Below, in pieces: positions 62,089-64,000 of a stretch of DNA of 64,000 nt. Position 1 is the stretch's first letter. The number at the start of each line of letters is the position of its first letter. Both the position numbers and the translations under genes were made by a program. A model generated the notes under the pieces. It was given only the letters and a program-made list of their open reading frames with translations, did no database searches and had not been told where the DNA came from. Source of the DNA: Pseudomonadota bacterium (lineage in GTDB: Bacteria > Desulfobacterota > Desulfobacteria > Desulfobacterales > JBDRRP01); assembly GCA_043825735.1 (NCBI GenBank), contig JBDRRP010000145.1, positions 1 through 64,000 on the forward strand. Direction: 5' to 3'.

Positions 62089-63135
62089 ATGATGATCACG
62101 CCGCGGATCACGCGGATGGAAAGCTGGAAAGTTATTGAGGCCATGTTTGCCGCCACCGACCTGAATGTCTTGCGCCAGTGGCGCGATGCCGGCACCCCGC
62201 CGGTGACGCTCACCCTCCGCACCGCACCCGGCGCCCAAAGTGAGGCACTTCTGGCATATGCTGAGTCGCTGGCCACTCACCTGCCCGCGGTCACGATCAA
62301 ACGCCGCTCGGCAGACCGGGAGACCGATCCACCGGCGCTGGTGATCACCGAGCGGCTACACTATCTGGCCACGCCGATGGGCCCGGAGCTGGCGCCCTTT
62401 CTCAAAGCACTCCTGGACAGCGGCCGCGGGCTGCCTTCGCTGACATCGGAGACGGCCCGGGGCCTTTCTGCCCTGCCCCTGCCCGCCCGGCTGGAAGTGT
62501 TCATCACGCCCCAGTGCCCGTTTTGTCCAGTAACCGTCTCGACCCTGCTGCCACTGGCGCTGGCCCCCGGACGCCAGCGGCTGTCGGTCATCGACGGCAC
62601 CCTGTTCCCCGATCTGGCCGCCGCCAGAGCCATCCGCACCGCACCCACCGTCATCCTGGACGGAAGCTTCCGGTGGACCGGAAAACCGGGGATCGACGAG
62701 ATTGTGGACGTCATGGTCAACCGCGAGCCCTCCCGCCTGAGCCCGGACAGTCTGAGGGGCATCATTGAAGACGGCATGGCCGAAACGGTGGCCCGGATGA
62801 TGATCGATCACGGCGGCATCTTCGACAACCTGCTGCCGCTGCTGGCCCATGACAAATGGCCGGTGCGGCTGGGAGCCATGGTGGTGATGGAGTCCTTCCA
62901 GACCCTGCGCCCCGATCTGGCGGCAGAAGCCCCCGAGCGCCTCTGGTCCCTGATGGAAACCGCGGCCAATCCGGTCAAAGGTGATCTTCTCCACGTCATC
63001 GGCGAAACCGGCGACTTGCGCCAGGTGGCGCGCCTGGAGGCTCTGCTGGGCGAAGGCCTGCCGCCGGATCTGGCCGAAGCGGCCGCCGATGCGCTGGAAG
63101 CCATCCGCGGGCGGGTACGGCCGGACGGCAGATGA
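62089..63135 (+). CDS. Thioredoxin-fold (AhpF N-terminal-like) protein with C-terminal HEAT-like repeats
   Basis: VFITPQCPFCP, TAPT cis-Pro; VRLGA and LHVIGETG helical repeats; start uncertain. Confidence 0.75.
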   Translation: MMITPRITRMESWKVIEAMFAATDLNVLRQWRDAGTPPVTLTLRTAPGAQSEALLAYAESLATHLPAVTIKRRSADRETDPPALVITERLHYLATPMGPELAPFLKALLDSGRGLPSLTSETARGLSALPLPARLEVFITPQCPFCPVTVSTLLPLALAPGRQRLSVIDGTLFPDLAAARAIRTAPTVILDGSFRWTGKPGIDEIVDVMVNREPSRLSPDSLRGIIEDGMAETVARMMIDHGGIFDNLLPLLAHDKWPVRLGAMVVMESFQTLRPDLAAEAPERLWSLMETAANPVKGDLLHVIGETGDLRQVARLEALLGEGLPPDLAEAAADALEAIRGRVRPDGR

Positions 63136-63374
63136 CAGAGGTCAGATGACAGAGGACCCGCCTTCGCTAAAAAGCATGCTACGGCGGGCAGGCAGAGGAA
63201 GAGAAACACCAAAAATCAAAATCAACTGCGAGTTATCCACAGATTTCACAGATTAACACAGATTAAAACCAAGGGGCTTCGGCCTGCGGCCGGACTGCAA
63301 CAGCAACTGCCAATTGACCGCAGACGAACGCAGACAGACGCAGACAGTTGAGAGCGGCCTTCGGCCGGTCAGTC

Positions 63375-63470
63375 CGATCCTAACGATCCAAACGATCCAA
63401 ACGATCCAAACGATCCAAACGATCCAAACGATCCAAACGATCCTAACGATCCTAACGATCCTAACGATCC
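63375..63470 (+). repeat. (CGATCCWAA)x10.7 tandem repeat
   Basis: Counted directly; every unit contains GATC. Confidence 0.95.
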
Positions 63471-63494
63471 GCCGGCGCCAACCACGGGAGGGGC

Positions 63495-64000
63495 CTACAT
63501 GGTCCTGGCCAGCGCGAACAGCGGCGCGTGATTGGAGGTGAAAAACGGCGGGGCCCGGCGAAGGATGGCGGCGATGGCCGGATCTTTTCGAAACACCCCG
63601 TCCACAAAGCGGCGCACATTGCGCCGGTGCCAGCCCAGGGGGTGGACGAAATCGCGGTAGCAGCCCAGATCGGCGGCGGAAAAGGGCCGCGTTTCAAGGG
63701 TGACGGCGTCCGGGCTGCCTGCGGGCAGGTTGAAAACCGCCACGTTGAGATAGTCAACGGACGCCGCGTGCGCGCGAACAAATGCCAGCGTGCGCCTGGC
63801 GGCGGTTTCGTCTTCGCTGGGCGTTCCGAAAAGAACGTACACATAGGTGGCGATGCCGGCCCGATGAAGGGTGGTGAGCACCCGCGATGCCGTTTCCAGC
63901 CGGAGCCCCTTGTCCATGGCGTCCAGAACGCCCTGGTCTCCGGATTCCAGTCCCAGTTTGAGCATGACGCAGCCGCTGCGGCGCAGGGCCGCCGCGGTGT
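63495..64000 (-). CDS. C-terminal part of a radical SAM protein (truncated by window edge)
   Basis: GC.MLKLGLESG..VLDAMDKG..YVLFGTPSE. Confidence 0.8.
   Translation of the reverse strand, partial: TAAALRRSGCVMLKLGLESGDQGVLDAMDKGLRLETASRVLTTLHRAGIATYVYVLFGTPSEDETAARRTLAFVRAHAASVDYLNVAVFNLPAGSPDAVTLETRPFSAADLGCYRDFVHPLGWHRRNVRRFVDGVFRKDPAIAAILRRAPPFFTSNHAPLFALARTM

Noticed and set aside
59060..63470. The tandem arrays at 59060 and 63375 as CRISPR
   Set aside because: 8-9 nt units, no spacers, no cas genes
63314..63541. ORF with TIQTIQ repeats
   Set aside because: Translation of the 9-mer array; no RBS or domain

Overview
GC-rich bacterial chromosomal window. Gene content (IorAB, TRAP, Trk, BirA/BioY-ECF, several hybrid kinases, GEMM riboswitches) suggests an anaerobic deltaproteobacterium, probably Desulfobacterales-like; this is an inference. 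It holds about 50 CDS, two tRNAs (Glu, Lys), three c-di-GMP-I-type riboswitches, clear BirA, PerR/Fur and sigma32 sites, four decayed genes and several families of miniature inverted-repeat or short tandem-repeat elements. I found no CRISPR array, prophage or intact transposase. The best candidates for undescribed biology are four. (i) A tightly coupled three-gene operon: metallophosphoesterase, a ParB/Srx-fold protein fused to an Lrp/AsnC amino-acid-binding domain, and an ArgA-like acetyltransferase. (ii) An SAH-riboswitch-like RNA with compensatory changes in front of a methionine gamma-lyase. (iii) An FHA Ser/Thr kinase with four 27-aa acidic Thr repeats, divergent from a lipoprotein WD40-caspase. 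(iv) A sucrose synthesis/phosphorolysis cluster that has lost its fructokinase. All calls come from reading motifs by eye; no searches were run.
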